A stretch of DNA of 63,736 nucleotides, filler included, from Craspedostauros australis (taxonomy: Eukaryota), in assembly GCA_030167865.1 (NCBI GenBank). It is 20 parts of 20 records of this genome, joined end to end, with 100 filler letters (N's around TTAATTAATTAA, not from the genome) between each part and the next. Parts side by side here need not be neighbours in the genome. Positions count along the whole stretch, not along the records: positions 59,701 to 62,518 come from JALAGF010002154.1; positions 62,619 to 63,736 come from JALAGF010002164.1; 18 more parts are not named here. The stretch is one strand, 5' to 3'. Below, piece after piece: positions 59,701-63,736 of this stretch; within the stretch, counting starts at the first letter, position 1, and every line of letters starts with the position of its first letter. Both the position numbers and the translations under genes were made by a program. The notes below the pieces were generated by a model. That model was not told where the DNA came from, made no database searches, and saw only the letters and a list, made by a program, of their open reading frames with translations.

Positions 59701-60600
59701 CTTCACAAAGAACACCAAAAAGGAGATCTACGACAACCACAAGAATCACTTCATCCAACTGCGGTCTGCAATGGATTAATGGGAATAAGGCGAAAGGTGA
59801 GAGAGAAGGACGGTGACGATGGATGTTATGTTGTCGATGCGACAATGGAAGGGTGTTAGGAATTGAGGGTACGACTTTGTCGGAATACCCGTGATTGCCG
59901 CACCTCCCAACATTGTTCGTCACAGCTTTGAATATTATTCGTCACATGTTCGGAGACTATTTGTCACACCTTTGTACACCATGTCATTATGACTATGACT
60001 AAGCATACGGACGCGATTGATACCTGTATAACCGCAAGGAGGGTAGCCTGTCCTCTGGTAACGTAAAGACGACACCCATGGTGGATCAGGAGGTCCCAAT
60101 ACCGTGCCAACCATGGCAACCATCCAGACGACGACGTCGATCAGAACAGCATGTCCATGGGCAAGTGACGCACCTTCCTCAGAGGACAGCACGCGCCCCT
60201 CCTGCGGACAAGAACATCTGCAGGTTTGGAACATCAGAAAGGATCAGAACATCCACAGGTTTGGAACGTCACCAAAGGTGACATCGGCTATGAGACGATT
60301 GTGTCATGAGGATCAACGACGGAAACATGAGACAGGCAAGTGCTCAAGACTGCAGATCCCTGCCATGCAAGCATAGACAGCTACGACGATGCAGAGACAA
60401 GGAAGCAAGAACAGAGCATGATGAATGAAGGGGGAAGCACCTAAAGAGACAACAGGACGCCCCGTGTCGCCACCGCGACAGATGCCTGCCATGACGATGA
60501 AATCGGAAGAGAAGTGAGATTGTGCTCACAGTTCTAAAACAGTACAGTTTCTAACAGCAGATTAGAACTTAGTACTAACTATAACCCCGGATTTCCAACA
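59701..60600 (+). mobile_element. 3' end of a copia element: RNase H C-terminus, polypurine tract and 3' LTR (59854-60600)
   Basis: FTKNTKKEIYDNHKNHF...* ends at 59779 (copia RNase H FTKN motif). GGAAGGG lies directly before TGTTAGGAAT. The LTR ends ATTTCCAACA, an imperfect inverted terminus (TG...CA). Confidence 0.75.
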
Positions 60601-61084
60601 CTTGTTGTACAGCAACATGTCGTGATGGTTCTGCACACACAGCTGTTCAGGGACGCCATCCGTAGAGCAGCACCTGATCCATTGATGTGGATATGCTTCA
60701 AGATGCGTACAGGTTCTGTAAGATGGTTAGCTGGACAGGCGGCATGGGTGCATGAGCTGGAGGGTGAGCAGAGCATGGATCGTGGTTCAACTACACACCA
60801 AGCGCGCGGTAGCCTTTCATCGCAGTATCGGTTTCGGATACCGGGTACCGTGTACGCGACATGGACAATTGAGTCCGGGAGGAGTCCCGGACCGAGTCTG
60901 TCCCAACTTGGTCTGTCCGTCGTATTTATCCATGACTAACAGAAGTACCGGATGGTGCAGGTTGATATTCTCTTTGATTAGTCCCGCAAGACTCATGAAG
61001 ATGTCATTTCTGGAATTCTGAACAAATCACCGGGTGTCCCCGGTCACAATTAAACAACGCCGATTTCCCTTCCCCCCATCGGAG

Positions 61085-61450
61085 GTGTTCGCATCTGCTT
61101 GTTCTTTGGTCGCACACACGCGTCACAATGCATGGAGGGTGGGGTCCGTGCGTCCCGAGACAGGAAATGCGAATCTCGGAAGTGTTCGCATCTGCTTGTT
61201 CTTTGGTCGCACACATGCGTCACAATGCATGGAGGGTGGGGTCCGTGCGTCCCGAGACAGGAAATGCGAATCTCGGAAGTGTTCGCATCTGCTTGTTCTT
61301 TGGTCGCACACACGCGTCACAATGCATGGAGGGTGGGGTCCGTGCGTCCCGAGACAGGAAATGCGAATCTCGGAAGTGTTCGCATCTGCTTGTTCTTTGG
61401 TCGCACACATGCGTCACAATGCATAGAGGGTGGGGTCCGTGCGTCCCGAG
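61085..61450. repeat. 97-bp minisatellite, ~3.8 copies
   Basis: Units start at 61085, 61182, 61279 and 61376; nearly identical, with no spacers. Confidence 0.95.
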
Positions 61451-61750
61451 GCATGGTCCCTGACCCATGCGTTGTGAGGCACGAAAAACCTCGATGGGGG
61501 TCTGGTGTCGCATCGAATCGCGCTCTGACCACCAGAGACCTGTGGTGTACATCGCGTTGCATCATGTCACATTCTGTCACAGTGAAACGCTGCAAGAGGA
61601 CTTCCGCCCCCAAGCGTTGCCGTACCTGACAAGGCGATACCGACAAGGCTTCATTGCCATTGGGAAGCTCACAAAAATCAAAACGCATCAACTGCAAGCA
61701 CAACAACAGCATCAACAAGTAGAAGCAGAGATAAGAAATAGAGAGCAACG

Positions 61751-62518
61751 ATGAGATTCAACGTCCCCAAGAGCACATTGCTTGGGTGGGCGGCTGCTGC
61801 CGTTGCCTCCTCGTGGATGACAGCTCCAACACTCGCCATGATGGCCAATCCCAACCCCATCCAACTCAAGCAAGCCGATGGCTCCACCTTCACTGCTCGG
61901 ATGCACGGTAACGAGGTCTATCACGACGTTACGGACATGGACGGTGAGTCACCAGCACGCATGGATGTCTTCTGTGTCGCCAAATCTATCGTATCTCCTC
62001 CATTATTGGCGATGTCGGTGACTGGTGGTTGATGTCGCTCACCCGTCCAAATACACACGCTATGAGTACACGATAACTCACCTCCATGCGTTCGCTTATC
62101 TCTCCACTCGATACTTGTTTTCCCCCCTTTGTTTCAGGGTACACCATCATGCTGAATGATCTCGATGAGTATGTGTACGCTGAGCTGTGCTCTGATGGTA
62201 CCACACTCGTGCCTTCCAAGCACAAGGTCGGGGGGTCTTTCAACCCCAAAGAAGCTGGATGGCCACTCCATCTTACGGAACCGACGAAGGAGACCAACAT
62301 CCATCACATCTCCGGCCGTCACTTGATCGAGGATCATCCAGATTATCGCGAATTGCGGGAACATCGCCAGCGTCGGCTTGCGTCGACCACTGGCACGCTC
62401 AAGAATTTGGTCATCCTGCTTCGTTTCCAGGACCACGCTAACCGTTCCCTGCCAACACGTCAGGAGTACGTAGATTTGATGAATGCCGAGAAGGGAGAGA
62501 AGCCAGCATCTGCCCCGA
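61751..62518 (+). CDS. Secreted M6-family (immune inhibitor A-like) metalloprotease, N-terminal fragment; intron 61944-62137
   Basis: Signal peptide, ANPNPIQLKQADGSTFTARMHGNE..DMDG|YTI..YVYAEL propeptide, RRL cleavage site, GTLKNLVILLRFQDHANRSLP. The catalytic motif lies beyond the contig end. Confidence 0.8.
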
Positions 62519-62618
62519 NNNNNNNNNNNNNNNNNNNNNNNNNNNNNNNNNNNNNNNNNNNNTTAATTAATTAANNNNNNNNNNNNNNNNNNNNNNNNNN
62601 NNNNNNNNNNNNNNNNNN

Positions 62619-63736
62619 GCTACCAAGTTGGTAACCGTTGTACAGAGCCTTGTTCGTGGAGAAAAGGTTCACCGCCATTTTCGGTGTGTACTTCACGTCA
62701 TCAAGCCGGATGACGTGGCCAGTGTTGTCTCGTTGCTTGACCTTCAAGCGAATGGATCCCATTTTGGGAGAGTCCAGCTTCGTGCTGTCTCCCACTTGGA
62801 CGAANNNNNNNNNNNNNNNNNNNNNNNNNNNNNNNNNNNNNNNNNNNNNNNNNNNNNNNNNNNNNNNNNNNNNNNNNNNNNNNNNNNNNNNNNNNNNNNN
62901 NNNNNNNNNNNNNNNNCTCAGCTCGTGGAGCTGCTCCACGGCTGCCGCAGCTATCTCGTCGTTGAAGCTGCCGTCATCGTCGTCTTCGTGGACTCCATCT
63001 TCGTTGTATGGATTGCGGTGGTCCTCATCGTCCATGTCATCGGGTAGTTGTGCGTAGTCCGATGGAATCGTACTGTTCCGATGCGATCCTGTGGCTGGAT
63101 CATATGGGTGGACGCGTGATCGCTCGCGCAAGAGCACACGCATGCATCCTCCAAGGATGTAATGCAGATCCGTCTCTGGGATCGTTTCCGAGTTGTTCGC
63201 TTCCAGTATGCGGTTGATGANGATCGCATTGNCNAGGATCTCTTCGATTGATTCGAAGTGCTCGGATAGGATGGATCCCATCATGTTCACCCATATTGGC
63301 ATGAGTGCTCCTCGTGTGGTTTCTGGGAACAGTCGCATCCCCGCTTCCATTACGGCGTCAAAGATGAGCTGTTTTTGGATTATCAATGCTGTTGCTGTTG
63401 CATTCGGGATGGTGCTGTGACGGAGGAGGTATTTGACGCTGTTGGGATCCTCAATAGGTGGGAAGTCGATGTTCCCTGGGTAGACGACACGCTCGTTTGG
63501 ATTGAAGCTGTCGTCTGGATGATTGCCGTCCTCGGATTCGTCGCTGTCATCTTCGTCAAAGATACCCGATCTGTTGTTCCCCGCCGCTGGAGGAGGCGGC
63601 GCCGCGCCGCGGTTTGTTTCGTTGTCTTCATCTCCGCCGTCCTCGTCAGCGTCGTCGTCGTCGTCATCGCTCATGGCCTCTTCGATGTCGCTATCGTTGG
63701 CCTTGTCGTCCATCTCAGCTTCGTCGCCGTATGAAC
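62619..63736 (-). mobile_element. Copia gag-pol fragment of the same family as 1-1785 (pre-protease region and protease C-half)
   Basis: Shares IPETxLHYILGGC..VLLRER, NPYNEDGVHEDD and QVGDSTKLDSPK.GSI.LKVKQ.DN..H.IRLDDVKYTPKM with contig 1; the catalytic DSG falls in an N gap. Confidence 0.88.

Noticed and set aside
61085..61450. CRISPR-like array
   Set aside because: No unique spacers, a 97-bp unit, no cas genes and a eukaryotic context.
1786..62618. Apparent clustering of TEs, proteases and ATPases as an island or system
   Set aside because: The contigs are joined by artificial linkers, so adjacency across them is not biological.

Overview
This window is not a contiguous locus. It is a pseudo-scaffold of 20 short eukaryotic contigs joined by 19 artificial 100-bp spacers (N44-TTAATTAATTAA-N44, stops in all six frames), so neighbourhood across spacers means nothing. 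The content points to a diatom nuclear genome: an ASAFAP-type plastid presequence, RxL propeptide sites, GT-AG introns and CoDi-like Ty1/copia elements. About half the contigs are transposon fragments: eight copia pieces, one non-LTR reverse transcriptase, one piggyBac pseudogene and one 1.3-kb TA-flanked TIR element. Host genes include PrxQ, UTP23, a sodium:solute symporter, a giant disordered RING protein, M11- and M6-type metalloproteases, two STAND-like P-loop ATPases, GT61, a Dispatched/Patched-like protein and an LRR-receptor-like N-terminus. Four signals stand out. (1) A PDZ-like domain sits between integrase and a QVDD-type RT in an intact copia pol. (2) A complete -1 ribosomal frameshift cassette (G GAU UUU, 5-nt spacer, bulged hairpin) joins copia gag to pol. 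(3) A secreted gametolysin-like protease carries two unassigned 164-aa Cys-bracketed domains and a silaffin-like KxxK tail. (4) CpG-deamination decay is visible across several TEs. All family assignments come from motif recognition by eye; no database searches were run.
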